Assembly (NCBI GenBank): GCA_964521165.1 | Contig: CAZFRA010000003.1 | Span: forward strand, 10,076-74,075 | Source: an uncultured Lachnospiraceae bacterium | Lineage (GTDB): Bacteria; Bacillota; Clostridia; Christensenellales; UBA1242 | Reading direction: 5' to 3' | Length of the DNA: 64,000 bases | Part shown: in pieces, positions 39,401-40,996 of the stretch | How the letters are laid out: each line of letters begins with the position of its first letter | Position numbering within the stretch: the first letter of the stretch is position 1 | Translations under genes and position numbers: made by a program | The notes under the pieces: generated by a model | Seen by the model: only the letters and a program-made list of their open reading frames with translations | Told to the model about the DNA's origin: nothing | The model's database searches: none

Positions 39401-40996
39401 ACAGGCACAACCACAAAAACTTTATATGCAATTGTTGGCACAAGTGATGTGATTGTAACAATCAATATTGACCCAGAAAACACAATGTTTGAAGTCAACT
39501 TCTATTTCCAAGATGTTGTCGATTACCAAGATGCAAGTGATAGAAATATTAACAATTATACAAAGGGATGGACTATCAATTCTTTGGCTTATACCAACAC
39601 GGCAATTAACCAAAGTTATATCCAAACAAACTTCATGGACGAAGACAAAATTACCCAACTTAGCGGTTATGACGAAAACAACTTCATAGGCTTCGACTTG
39701 ACGAATTGGTGGTTTGACGGCACTGGTATTTCAAATAATCAAATTAACGTTGCGGGTGATAACTCAACGGTTGTCAATATCTACATCAACAGAATTGTCG
39801 TAAGTGTTACTGTTGGTGTGGATAATACCAACCAAATCAATACTGGAACGATCGGCGGTAACACAAGGTATGTTTATGGAGCCGAAGTGACCATAACCTT
39901 CTCGACTCATGCTGGCTATCTCTTCGAATACATGACAATTAATGGCACAAGAGTGGACGAGAATGCTGATAACTTGACGCTAACTGACCCTAAGGCAGAA
40001 GGAAATAATAACATTCAAACTGTCACATACACCTTCACAATCACCACTGATATATTGAATGCAAACGGCGGAATTTCCATTCAAGTGTCCAGTAAAGCCG
40101 GCACGGCAGACTACGAAATCATGCTTCGTTATCAAGAAATCAATCTCGATATGTGGCAAAGTGGTTCTTCGGTATATGATGATGTCACTATAACCATAAC
40201 GGGTACAACGGATAGTTATATTGACTATTCTGAATATTTAACTCCACCTGCTGGTTATACTTTAGTTAGTGATAACTATTCGTCAAGCACACCAACCGTT
40301 TCGGGTAATGGAACGACGCAAATTGTATTAACCTTCAATTTGAATGTTTACACATTTACCGTGACTTTGCAAGAAGGTATTGAATCAGTTGAAGTTGATA
40401 GCAATTATGGAACTGTGATTTATAATGAAGTAAATTCAGTATATCAAGTATATTACACCGATTTGATTAGTTTCACAGTTAGAACACAGTATGGTTATAC
40501 CTTCACAGGTATTAGTCTTAAACTTAGCACAGACGATTCTTTCAGCAGACAAGATAACTCAACGAGTGAAACCTATCGTTTGGAAGTTCCAGCGAGCGAC
40601 TTTGAAGTGCGAATCAATGCAGAACCAACACCGATTATCATATACTACTATCCAAACTTCGACACTAACACGCCAGTTTATGAAGGCGCCGTTTACGGCG
40701 AGACCATATATCTTCGATTGAATACATTCACGCGTGATGGCTACACCTTCCTTGGTTGGGCAACAAGTGAAGAAAATGCTCTCAACGGCATTGTGGAATA
40801 TGAAGACGGTGCTGAATTCACAATCACAGTCGGAAGCAACATAGCTTTCTATGCTGTATGGCAAAGAGATTCAGGAATTGAATGGTGGATTTGGCTCTTG
40901 CTCGGTCTCTTGCTCTTGCTTATTCTTATCATAGTAATCATAATTATTATTGTGATGAAGAAAAAGAAAGAGAAAGAAAAACTTAGAAGCCACTAA
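6470..40996 (+). CDS. Giant (11,508 aa) modular cell-surface protein. It combines InlB B-repeat (Listeria-Bacteroides repeat) units and MucBP-like units and has a C-terminal transmembrane anchor. It is a putative adhesin.
   Basis: - One uninterrupted 34,527-nt ORF with a good SD.
- The N-terminal hydrophobic segment is FGFIIFASILMLVTTCGLG.
- By-eye count, the body holds about 60 units of the form GY.F.GW...[LIV]YA.W.
- There are about 20 units of the form Y.[IV].Y....LDG.Y....[IVL]Y[FY].R..Y.L.
- Each of those is followed by a G[IV].SV...GY.F..W unit.
- The C terminus is WWIWLLLGLLLLLILIIVIIIIIVM plus KKKKEKEKLRSH.
- A strong terminator follows. Confidence 0.9.
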   Translation: MEYLRRKFGFIIFASILMLVTTCGLGTSFLLGASTTSYLSQELKEDDEGKVSALSDDTTVYNGKYETSALSFSSGDSVDIINSLIVTDSTSMLGSLDGVDIQISNSIFVYTGAGTATLFSSSNSSSSIKIDNVVLYASNGGSFNVDDINTSMIVGGLVYGSIASNVTYYYDYSDSKEFKEIGANLTTLLGQVSFLASNTYTFDGTIYTIWNGSWMFNNNGWAYAATEYIESASASSTPWNSLEGVYPYPAQYILDYAEIDTNEVVYLYAGVGDEYESSKITVYLSESNKIGLDNTFILSRTGYRQVGWYVYPDSIGTGNHSTEVIINFDNYPNGISLYAAWEIANYTITYNANGGSVSSSTESYTIEDTVTLEEPTRTGYEFDGWKPESTVGSWDSGKIYSDEEEFSGMYGDVTLVAQWSALMIKVNIDLNDSTAKTDSSSANGSTAVTGDTMLSYETNGVYIRYNTTNIYSDSAGENQITSLAPTRTGYAFAGFALSANSSAVIIDANGVLLYNWTTTNISSSAATDEGVTLYAIWTAETYSITYYYRNSSGTQTSTTDSRTFDSSFETLSSVSGIYSSNGWSLIGWSTSDSSTSATYSVGETVSDYNSSTDTLSFYAIASRTIQITYDANAGSDTVSSLPSSQSATQNWNMYNNVYNVESLTINSTEPTRTGYTFLGWSTDSSASAADSSYAGGTTVNFTYSSLASIPLYAVWQANTYSVTVNANGGTNGNQTISSVSYDEATKIDLDISWEKDGYSSAGYFWAYEIDEEPGSYTTIDSWEEVTGEGNYYYNGQYYYVQVATTVNNLNLTDPGIYYYDDDGDYYVYNLTSENGGNATIYVLWDVDQAYEYKVNFIELNASENVTILISTNDSSSEISEGGTFAIYGAYNATITVTVQLGFSSNYYYYVSSSELSAAPESLGTGDFITSTNSKTFTLGGTNGYGTTLNLYLYQVYTIEYEDGEGGSIESIATQYKLHGFNVNLASRPSSVYKNGYTFTNWTDTNGSTNYDFGASYSNNASVVLIPNYTARTINFVINANTIEDADYNVEVASYTVSALYGNTTLNEGFSIPIVSVVDEDRETVTNIIVWFVYFDGTTEYELINGQSATMDSGWYTYLLLDSDLFGGSNDSDAVTITFSAEEGSGSYYLKYQFVNSTITYQNEDGVEQGTSSYSYDSNITIADYTNSVSKNGYTFTGWKVVSVDIGNGAVDETGTTVGGWTIGEILTITSGTIENSSGRHGNVVLRPDYSAITYTITYTGGSGYGTANVPANGSYTIDSATTFTDASRTGYEFTGWKVVSVDIGNGAVDETGTTVGGWTIGDTYTRTTEDSNYGDIVLEAQWSAISYSIQYNSGISSAASIPNSTSYTIDSTTTFTDASRTGYIFQGWYVSEVTIDGYTYTSGTYGGWTIGNEYTGTEAGQYGNITLIAIWDPITYDISFDDNANDVEGTTPTTITATYDVVTTLPFSDVSLIRAGYTFKGWARDADGTDFTGLSTDGNDNYIYATNLTTTDGGTVTLFAYWVADVIQIQLDPGNDYTIQGDTYIYLMYDEGWYSDSSATDAITSITIPVRTGYTFKGYYTGEGGEGTKIIDADGSIISGNLTFTSTSTILYAYWVGNLIEVELNLNDKNNGNGSTEASLSVTYVGGGVAEITNNTVYIRYGSTEMYAGKSDADDTEAVGGQIIVTASRYGYTFNGFTASSGTSTTIINSNGSVVDSGFTSSSSSTTIYASWTAEEITINLNLNYGDLATGESTPTLPGDDESFTITFDGTVESSSIPIATWTSDGTTLYTFSGYATASGVLIINSDGSLVANVSGYTDENGNWIYVPDDLSTTVTLYAQWTAYEIGVAFSPNGSGATINGSSETYTCDISLSDGFDFAEVSNKTVRNGYRLLGWATSETAGSPTYSTSYSFAANSAELERFLVSGQTLYAIWEIIEYTITFDLQDGEWSASEGLTLNESNELTFTIERDLSSISVTKTGYELKGWEITAIVDETNNWGSVGDTVTSLESGYYGSVSLKAILSPIEYTITYDVADGDALADNTERYTIETDLTLVTPTRAGHKFLYWTVSSEVGNWTESIEYSGYVGTGMYGNVTLIAQWEAITYTINLVDLQFVDYITLSSFDTGVTAGSSVEIYLEFSGSGEVLTNTTFGFNTTSSTVYYGSLSGAFTTAVSSGTQILYIGNSGAVLNTAINNISFASASGFSGNVVLGAVSVYRFKIWENGTLTHDYMPTITSNGQVGLYDLVTGVFTAITGATAASTYLGDTYTSRTTTTTSVVFAGSFSNTPSTANSPTGFRFIGWANADGELVITFDSNNSASLVANVSGYTDEYGNWALADNTTLYAAFEAISYSVTVYYSSAQVTNSIDLNIGLSNFSFGSESESVSSNGTFTATRDFLNTGLTLTITASENYYIVIGTSSNNISYDSALASRGTATYTWTPTSNLTLYVAVYQIYTITYNANGGTNPPNASEKVHGVSITLADASSMVNNGFTFQGWSTSITDGSVNYDNEATFVENGDTTLYAVWEAITYHITYVANGGGFFSESGGYGDTIEGETVVVEYTVEDEVILFGDIFSTGATDQYEKYVRVYKNGYTLVFWELSYNAAGGISGWSASQNDRYNPFFTILENDVYYGDVTLTAVWSETPITYTITYDVNGGGALANNTQGYTIETDLTLVTPTRDGYSFTGWQLDTTTGVTGTADGSDGNWTNGSTNYKDNIGTGFHGNVTLVAQWSVINDYTIVYDPNGGTLSGATSGTYGINNSIILPDSETIARDGYTFTGWKVISVDIGNGEVTDTGEIVGGWEVGETYTGTIEAGKYGNIRLEAQWAVASTSYTINIYTQTLDTYNTMASLTGTAYTETVIDSTFLTSVLSVVAGSNVNLNGFYIGSDGVLTLNDDYTISDTVEIGGYQTIAGSGTVINLYYKYETYTITYTTTYGSFTDGYTQTYNIYTFVNGLTLFISPDNVAYTAYDLSGWTILESSAGYISWTAAFGTGTYSSILGGSGYNIDSTRAYGDVTLTAVWEATTYTITYDVNSGDALSNNTASYTIEDTFTLVTPMRTGFAFDGWRPESTVGSWNSGTTYSGQVSGMYGNVTLVAQWSPLKVLVNIDLNDSTAKTASSSANGSTAVTDATMLSYETYGVYIEYNSKNIYSDSAGENLIASLVPTRVGYEFVGFALSVGGNAIIDANGTLLNDWTTEIDTNAGTNGALTLYALWTAKTYTIIFNSNDSAQSTTSQTFTFDGTAQTLTANGFTRTGYTFQGWALFSTGESVVFLTDEESFAFNATTLESITTAGGSIGANDSLTLYAVWAALTISVIFNLNDGDGGSTSAYFNNDPSLITLTMTVRYDRTFSELTNSGEVAATGVPVVTRYGYIDAGWFTSSDGAGLQMTAETSVSDFEDYIINWGSTPTLTLYVQWTALSIVVVYNSNYGTESSTYTAATNATFDSSYTIIGYDSITSFTARTGYTFAGWNTSADGNGTSVSVGDLDPFNLPYVTSLDSSQYIYTTTLYAQWTPNPFTITLDGNDTDENPTTYVFGYSESDATISTDYSQTVILTAIYEREGYTFQGWATSETAETPEYNSTTSYEASIFYALISTYDANNTNITLYAVWEADPVTITINFYYETLTSARNGSQTDDTTLNTSYYAFDSHDSSLTFDAGTELTTSQLEEWADSFILSLETRAAYKGYTTSGDNNSLVVLGDGSLEINLYFTRGSYELTINVGTGISSVTVTSQTTSSAITGTTSGSAITYTIYYGETITLSAASNAGYGDPIFTENSDPLASAQLTIISDREISVYANPQVVQYTVRVYIEGLDGEYSIYTGDYTQTLEGLTDTEVIFTYNSPSITLSASGSDTTATYTITGFTYSKYNVGNDVGVNGENTDRTIAGDESLIINLYFTRNSYNLTLTAGTGIVSVTAGDSTGIEITISVRYQDTVTISAVVSGGYSFSTWTYNTVAGFTISSIASSETTITMGAGENTLTANAAIVSYYVTYSAGSLNVVDEGISLPSSESYYVTTDLTLSSSYRTGYNFVGYYVVSVTINNVTTSTDGATAGGWTIGSTIYDNELNVGTGYYGNVTLEAVWMANTYTIEYNINNGTGQVSDTNATYDQAIALESVTNEISRTGYTFSNWGWPYATTSVTTITSDDIASFGGNNDQEILTNYLTTNNSASGIYFYDGVYYAFNLTETSGGTATVYANWTPNTYTIIFYGNGGETETGDTYYYSQEFTYDVSYSTGAPLASQFSRTGYTFTGWNTSADGSGIAYTANDPVYNFTAENGGEVELYAQWSPNRYALTLNAGNGTGTHTVVYAEYASNKLYSNTTDNIEVTPTANQNGYTFTGWYNGDTLVIDSNGTLVSDWMTDDGATLTAGYTANTYEITLNINTTDSVTWLGVSGNGTATVYFTYGSTAIYTSRSDDYPYTASGEIDSVTLSRDGYDFLGFATAANATVADVIGADGTLLSAYFTASDNTLYAVWQVKHYELTIIINEPDEGVVSGLTIFGGVESEEIEGSGNVYSIAYGYTVRINYSVSAGYTFTGFTVSVSVSGSVTISNNEFIMPASNLTVTLNVSANLVSVSLDANDTDGATKVSNLPYSVVYIEYNRTNIYASRSDDYPYTASGDVLTSLVPTRAGYTFKGWATSPTGTPITYESGMLISAWTTSTVDGTTLYAIWEANTNTSFTIHYYLQNIDYDEITYSYVETYNTSGTGTTDNDVDISTYTTGITGFSYSHYVTNNSDSTSLNLAGGGDLIISLYFTRLTSTLTIDLGYGGTSTSVQRFYGDDYEITNPTRDGYTFTGWSGSGENLTAGNGSYTYTFVETNETITAQWTANETTITLSALSGDTGVTIGYTTIYIKYATSQFYIYNGDETETVTPTASKTAYDLEGFYTAGNELIITSLGALNGTQWTITAASITLYAHFSAHEYTITYNAGDGTPTATTDTYTIEDTFTLATADLLGYNFGGWTVYTADGNWSETETYNGQVSGMYGDVTLIAQWTPITYTINYSANDSGLIGEATSSTQSTQETYNVSVTIQENGFILTGYEFVEWNTEPDGSGDSYEAGESYSVNFCSKDGDSITLYAIWEIQSYTLTVEELTTGVASVSVSGAGVTVRNIDQYGVGTYTVVYGSTVTLTATYTDGYMFGSWTITGETSLQGTDIYTDTYSMPAENVSVQANARPIEYLIIYYSNGGTITVGSVSYDTYYEVEIDYMDTTTILAASDTVSFTRTGYTFLGWSTSSTAEVADETYAPGEDYMHTTVGSFSLYAVWKANTYTVTYYADGTEGAASYSDTNATYNSQYTILGNDTTGFSKTGYHFVGWATSGENALNGIVQYSADTSFSYSTDGGMTLYAVWEGNEYTINYDINLGSYYHTTYSGSTLSTTAVYDKSVTIQANDFTLTGYEFVEWNTQPDGNGDSYEAGEPVSVNFCTGEGSDTSVTLYAIWRAIDYTITVVDDSAKGEDAVTGTIITVYFGTAYNSTILTNYSAYTRAGYTLSGFYISGTETMLITSAGLFVAGVTGYIDNDDGDYIYCYAGNITVTAIYTANPYIVNFDVNPRENDEENISISVTSKTVYQDSTYAGTDGVWPEPVYEGYYFFGWSTQNDYVVYHLYSSGAEEAYYNLSFEAIFGSTWLEYVTSESVASTYIYEYTTIDENQIESTIQFVFIKTEALAENFEASSISDILYTVEEVESFTVEAGDTVDGTSWGDNDDDGIADITLYAMWIGRNDIEYTIYYLLEDIEYSSSATEFIEKNADGSYPSYNLVVNSKLNYEGVTYTVAQTEKLSNALVSDNVQNYIRAYEYTGFVYYAYEYVNDTISSNNTTIIFAFYTRQTYTLNLFAGNGIAAVSASGAGVSGEEGVYQVKYGAAVTLSATPSAGYTFEDWTQTSSDQAQVSISNNTFTMNVTSTVNLTATATANSDTEYTIEYWFETLDGGFEQISTLQEDITETGTTDTSLPINTYTINSFAGYSYAYYVSYSTTDTTGTTSGSTNIDGDGGRVIRIYYERNSYLFTFTQNRQTGFTGVNVTVGTESQSETSGISVTYGQSVTISITVYVGYTFNGFISSDTDLIASVSAGNENVVSSSGTGATTYTYTFNMPAGAFTYTADISSDDDTEFTIVYMFEKLDIADSTGVNKYEELSEIYPSTTGTGETEAEITNTLIGDKLISVAGFEVSAVGSMDENGTVSAVYISGDGGSIVYVYYDRISYNVTINYLRASDQSTNLTSSYSETHRFGETFTVTNPTIAGYTTGSASTSVTVIVGGVTENVYYTAISYDITYTTGSGEITSNASEYSDEYDIETAITLPTAGRDGYTFTGWQVTSVDIGSGAVTETGATVGNWTIGTTYSEGSVPAGNYGHVTFTAVWSPILNNVTFNLTNLTTNGSLTVVSGTEYSATLMANSGYSLPESIDVTIANVSFTNFSYDSETGEITISGEYVAGDIVITATGVANRYQVNFVLNDSNNSNGSTEVTSITVGETSLTITNGVVSLYAVFNSTYATLYIYAEGETSITFDAFVAAIERDGYTFGGFYNTQLSIGAPTDSATELTSSDTHTNYSSISTYYGYWTANTNTSYRVEYYFMNLDGSYSNETEYYEELTGTTDAIASAPLYSGDTTGFITPSEITDVTISADGETVIKYFYARMIFTVTVLTGEGVASVTATATSGAASSTATGSTISVYYGGTVVIDATAQNGYTFSGDWTKGDSSYPDLVTASGEGLSSTAKQFTISNISNISNSSITYTATAEPNVITITLDAQNGEYDDDGTTEIYLKYNTGWYSDSDALAENIISSITIPEREGYTFAGYYTEVNGAGTPITDSAGNLSTSVLTFTYTETTIYANWTRNSYDLTITYVYSDTVDNRSNVINTYTTQVAFGVTFEVTSPTVTGYTATSVEVTSPSGFTLTSNSATTISGEMPASAVSITVTYTPKQYTITFDANSGSDSVSGEMESITIYYNQTITLPENEFTRDGYIFLGWNTSANGSGTSYSDEAAITMNSGTFSDFNESLATQTFTLYAQWTESTSTPYYVEVYLMDTMGGYDETEPSETKTYYGRTDTTIEVTVSGDETTITFTNNSINNTLSYTGFTVSSYTPEGETSVSGSEDTYTTFKVYFARNIYTLTLTAETGAIANYVTTDVDSETSGYQYYYEQEVTITATISTGYTFAGWQVDSGVTPSSMSSQTNGNVVTTTFKMGLGDTTLLAQVTVNSYKLYIDLDATDATYNDSTLEEGYYVEQAYGTTYTLFTPYRAGYTFTGWTLEGLDGFTPTELSGSTYTFGAGDAKVTANWSANRYQVNFVLNDSNNSNGSTAVTSITVGETSLTITNGVVSLYAVFNSTYATLYIYAEGETSITFDAFVAAIERDGYTFGGFYNTQLSIGAPTDSATELTSSDTHTNYSSISTYYGYWTANTYNLTIAGDNVTVSVSGATGENNSYGVKFDARITLTAEVSIGYYFVNFESTPFTSTDNPYTFNYTTADDVIITANVSAYNYTIQYDNNTGSGNLDDTPATYDQAVALDDASDLAKPGYAFTSWSTTQDAEDYTEISGTLSGDGTEADLVTAYIKEEYNSASGIYYYNGTFYAFNLLATQGTTTVYAQWSQINYNVNINEQNGNNATEVNDLTNVGYNIAVEIVGGEDLLRQGYTLAGFSTSQTALSNFTTISTETLAPVSGTDDAVTLTSYLITNNMSGGIYYYNGKYYVFNLTTTNETVQIYAIWTESTSYYIIEYYFEGLNYSYLLEPDDTETIESVTTGTSVTITPKTVTGFTIDYNNSTSLTGTVTGDDSPLTFKLYYTRNTYTVQVYTPSFETDVTGVRNIEVTAEYSTDTNYKYNDSVTVTVTLEDGYTFKNFTEGVNTYESESDGVTVNGSTVTFKFNITADRVLTLNLTRGEYTVTIKHMFATLGGGYESLEGFEEGTTTSMYVDHTITEDDLEDFILSDSEISGYTYSSFSGITVSTTVENNVVTIYYARRTYTLSLDQTNTGVSKVSASGTYVTEISETASYITYEVTYGATVTLEYTLNTGYEFSSWGATTGSGATVEVTAGSGTTGTFTMPYENVTVSVRAASEKVQFQFVYYLEGLDGEYYVQDSQDVDIQEAEAGSPIENILEYNLRTFTGYEYSGYDNETIIAAPVMEGLTTTYTQIWVRYTRAFVNITIILGTGVTSVTLTSSETVGDVTVADKFKISTTIETTSNTIQAAYGLRLNLSATYSSGYESVSYIFSDGNVSEDNGIYYIIVPATESTLLATTTSEIVQIMLDAQNGEDDDDGTTTLYLKYGEGWYSDALAENTISSIIIPERTGYIFAGYYTSTGTQIIDSTGNILSGNLTFTVTLATIYAQWTPITYNLTYNGNEGTGTDGSVTSSTFTHDIALTYDVAVALRSDITWSRQGYTFAGFSTSQTGLSNFTTISTETLAPVSGIDDAVTLTSYLTENNMSGGIYYYNGTYYAFNLTSTSGANVPIYVVWDAIKYTITYYANNGTNDSYTTESISYTELVTILNIDNANLGYTLTGYEFNGWNTEPDGSGSNYTAGGQYSGLVDGNTFELYAQWKANTYTINYNGNARDAYNTMTPSTGTYDTASALSPNGFLRIAYTFAGWTTTEGGTTSQVTTISETLTGDGTEADLVTAYIKEEYSSASGIYYYNGTYYAFNLTSTNGGDVTIYVVWDAIEYTITYNANGGSFADQELATQKYTTVSGVELRNNNDITLVGHRLIGYTIEVSGVDANNWLTVYTSAEISLSFSNNDAGSFTISSGLYGNVILTAIWQPLSYNLTINYAYADDSALTGNVATAHTSTRTYATTFDVTSPSITGYYISNVVVTTAPDGFTLSSGTTDSNVAGTMPAGNVIITVYYSPVEIALTINYNKASGTTGTITELDYDTIYVLYGHTYSSAYTKNGDSTSTVGLATLTRTGYTFAGWSLNASGTNAINGNTTVAITSDQEIYAQWTAGTTSFTVNYYFENLYDNGYTIDNDYTQNGSGTTDAQITLAMLRELIGYNDTSTTEFPTVTGFTVDEGLISLTTISADTTTVINVYFTRNYNTLIISRDAQVSSFTVTANTSGAFGEVTAELVRSTNNGNIFEVRYGAIVIVEAAFNAGYEFDSFTATILEGFDGTTNPTTFTMPDASVEILIASTASIFKITLTATDDGVTSEGTTEIYLKYGEGWYSDDSATNAITSITTPTRTGYTFSSYSNGSIIIIDSNGNIVGSTTFTTADIILQAQWNALAYSFTLTTDLGITRENVTITINNNIQDEIPTQVRYGQSITIAVPTGAIVNGYVYSQISYTMAVEGQAGTTSGATESGITTITITVTGALSVTITTTPKTDSQIKVVYALQKLDGTYDITSETEIIDGATTGTPITLAYLIELDAIKSFTGYYYSTFGDAIYNPSDVFTVIYNSNIEGSDDDYTTVYILYLRYHYGLKLTSATGVTSFTIELEASGTGVYSTDFSEWRVLYGAGLYISYALADSSGYIFNGFNIVAIDTTGYGADSSEYSNATRYELEFEQDSSSNIIGVGTYYYMDDNQTRVDVLELTYVDGKYYLSAMPSYYLSITIDVEPRTYQIIYNTNYQDNSMTDTTQTGDSATFGESYIFYSVDEFSWSKSGYSFAGWAFAENPTEVIISNFTDGEYTAIFNSYYARFAEENNGVYTLNLYAVWSTGTSSYTIEYYFEQLDGTYLKSDYTRELTGYTDITVHTSGQEGVQVYVDEGWVDEGVRTGYYIDNNHTDAKMSGEVESDGSLILKVYYTLYRYTLTITSDGNFSALTASASESDGYILGTPSSGSDSVTYQVKYGTTITIAATPNDGYMLYSLSATTATISVESPTFIMTTNTIVVATATARSYEIVFDANGGTGQMPNQEMTFYVSTRLNLNNDQITRQGYTFAGWAISETNANSGTVDYGDGEYFLLSENYSEEVRLYAVWTPSTSSYKVNFVIEGNTLSNDEIENWTVTITGEGTTGETITSAMVTALLADALKNIAGHIYVDGEENFFTISGFTEETTITGDNVTAEVTANFTRVSVSYEIEVNSESEEGVTQLSVTYLDLATKAYTTQTTQTGDISLEFAAAYGVDIVLTVTYANGYGYASFTRYLPTGNGDEEALDTTFTPTRSGSTITFNNGANLSARYEIAVSTGTFTFTYNDNFQGLFTQSSATYSVTVDYLADIILRNPTNWSGVGNWTHTGYSFFAWAYVVADIDNYSYTEISKLSEATEEGYYYVSGTYYYVIEPTTIYGGTYSYDEWNGRILYAIWQANSYDIIYMQQPDGVEGIMDKTEATYDEIVVLATVEFRRTGYTFAGWAFAISNDSVAIEISDFEDITGAGIYYIETTDGETTTRTYYGVNLIDVDGIDNQDGYVNIYPVWTPITYKIVLHSNTTDDYTITIEAVYGLNVTLPLFSDSRFEDWTNAGYDFNGWYYYIDEQTTRTYTGNESTEFSFINLATEEGAEVDLYVNWIAGYTTYSVYVKYQNADGTYDDVIGDNYILVDYYSDRITGTIVTPYEVWDEFNLAESYITTGYQVLNQGNNASPITLQATGTTIIIYISRISYNLYLNNVQGIRTSSVVTTGISTSVINPVQDANGNISYYEVIFGATVTIEYTLLAGYSTPVTYTTYVEGVEFSNNAFTMPTSNLTVEISATADTDTKYAVYIYLEDADGNYGSTADYSVTYEGTTDTQIVGMSLAEYILTQEYVVGGQVISSTYYRFNNMAGDETIKGYEDESDQSVVYIYFARRTFNVTFTTNLQAGLSGRSENILNARFGSSGSLTIVLNQGYLLETPTPLTITIVSAGDDNRNSYDLTYTTIGPSITSEGLTTYTFTFTVPAQNINIQINIEADEVNYTIYYLFQNIDLTDYEEVATVNPVTEQATTGTVLTEADISDYTTSSPLTGFTYSYSSFSAGDITVAGDGSTVINLYFIRIRSIFTIEIYDSYLGLDGNVTIEVQGSPSSSLGGGTYSVAYGQTVTVSVSVLTGYKEATFTVDTLSQSSEAESEENLEIGEYYITGTTTKTLYAIVGTSDVIVTINIDPENTMFEVNFYFQDVVDYQDASDRNINNYTKGWTINSLAYTNTAINQSYIQTNFMDEDKITQLSGYDENNFIGFDLTNWWFDGTGISNNQINVAGDNSTVVNIYINRIVVSVTVGVDNTNQINTGTIGGNTRYVYGAEVTITFSTHAGYLFEYMTINGTRVDENADNLTLTDPKAEGNNNIQTVTYTFTITTDILNANGGISIQVSSKAGTADYEIMLRYQEINLDMWQSGSSVYDDVTITITGTTDSYIDYSEYLTPPAGYTLVSDNYSSSTPTVSGNGTTQIVLTFNLNVYTFTVTLQEGIESVEVDSNYGTVIYNEVNSVYQVYYTDLISFTVRTQYGYTFTGISLKLSTDDSFSRQDNSTSETYRLEVPASDFEVRINAEPTPIIIYYYPNFDTNTPVYEGAVYGETIYLRLNTFTRDGYTFLGWATSEENALNGIVEYEDGAEFTITVGSNIAFYAVWQRDSGIEWWIWLLLGLLLLLILIIVIIIIIVMKKKKEKEKLRSH
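10052..10137 (+). repeat. 86-bp perfect intragenic direct repeat, copy 1 (partner 10346-10431)
   Basis: TTTACCGGTTGGAAGGTTGTTTCGGTTGATATAGGTAACGGAGCAGTGGACGAAACTGGCACAACAGTTGGCGGTTGGACAATTGG is identical at both sites. The offset is 294 bp (98 codons). Confidence 0.9.
10346..10431 (+). repeat. 86-bp perfect intragenic direct repeat, copy 2
   Basis: Identical to 10052-10137. Diverged relatives of the same FTGWKV.SVDIGNG..TETG..VG.W motif lie near 14805-14890 and 25395-25480. Confidence 0.9.
12788..13250 (+). other. Single-copy non-repeat insert domain within the giant protein (candidate lectin/jelly-roll-like module)
   Basis: About 150 aa, INLVDLQFVDYITLSSFDTGV...LGAVSVYRFKIWENGTLTHDYMPTITSNGQVGLYDLVTGVFTAITG. 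It lacks the GY.F.GW/LYA.W periodicity of its neighbours and occurs only once in the ORF. Confidence 0.5.
25798..26160 (+). repeat. 363-bp near-perfect intragenic direct repeat, copy 1 (partner 28309-28671)
   Basis: A by-eye alignment shows 2 mismatches in 363 bp (C/A in CAAGT[C/A]AAC and A/C in ACAG[A/C]AGTC). The offset is exactly 2,511 bp, or 837 codons, so it is in frame. The alternate-frame ORFs at 25923 and 28434 in the track have identical N-terminal translations, which confirms it. Confidence 0.95.
26630..26656 (+). repeat. Tandem 9-bp repeat (ATTAGCAAC)x3 inside the giant ORF
   Basis: Three perfect head-to-tail copies encoding ISNISNISN. They are in frame. Confidence 0.9.
28309..28671 (+). 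repeat. 363-bp near-perfect intragenic direct repeat, copy 2
   Basis: See copy 1. It encodes ANRYQVNFVLNDSNNSNGST.VTSITVGETSLTITNGVVSLYAVFNSTYATLYIYAEGETSITFDAFVAAIERDGYTFGGFYNTQLSIGAPTDSATELTSSDTHTNYSSISTYYGYWTANT. Confidence 0.95.
29090..29175 (+). repeat. 86-bp intragenic direct repeat with 1 mismatch, copy 1 (partner 32279-32364)
   Basis: GGTGACGGCACCGAAGCAGATTTGGTTACTGCTTACATCAAAGAAGAATATA[A/G]CAGTGCAAGCGGAATTTACTATTATAACGGCAC. The offset is 3,189 bp (1,063 codons). Confidence 0.85.
32279..32364 (+). repeat. 86-bp intragenic direct repeat, copy 2
   Basis: See 29090-29175. In addition, 32340-32385 is identical to 31740-31785, a 46-bp stretch encoding GIYYYNGTYYAFNLT. Confidence 0.85.
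40883..40996 (+). other. C-terminal transmembrane anchor and cationic stop-transfer tail of the giant protein
   Basis: A 25-residue hydrophobic helix, WWIWLLLGLLLLLILIIVIIIIIVM, followed by KKKKEKEKLRSH and the stop codon. No LPXTG-type motif precedes it. Confidence 0.8.
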
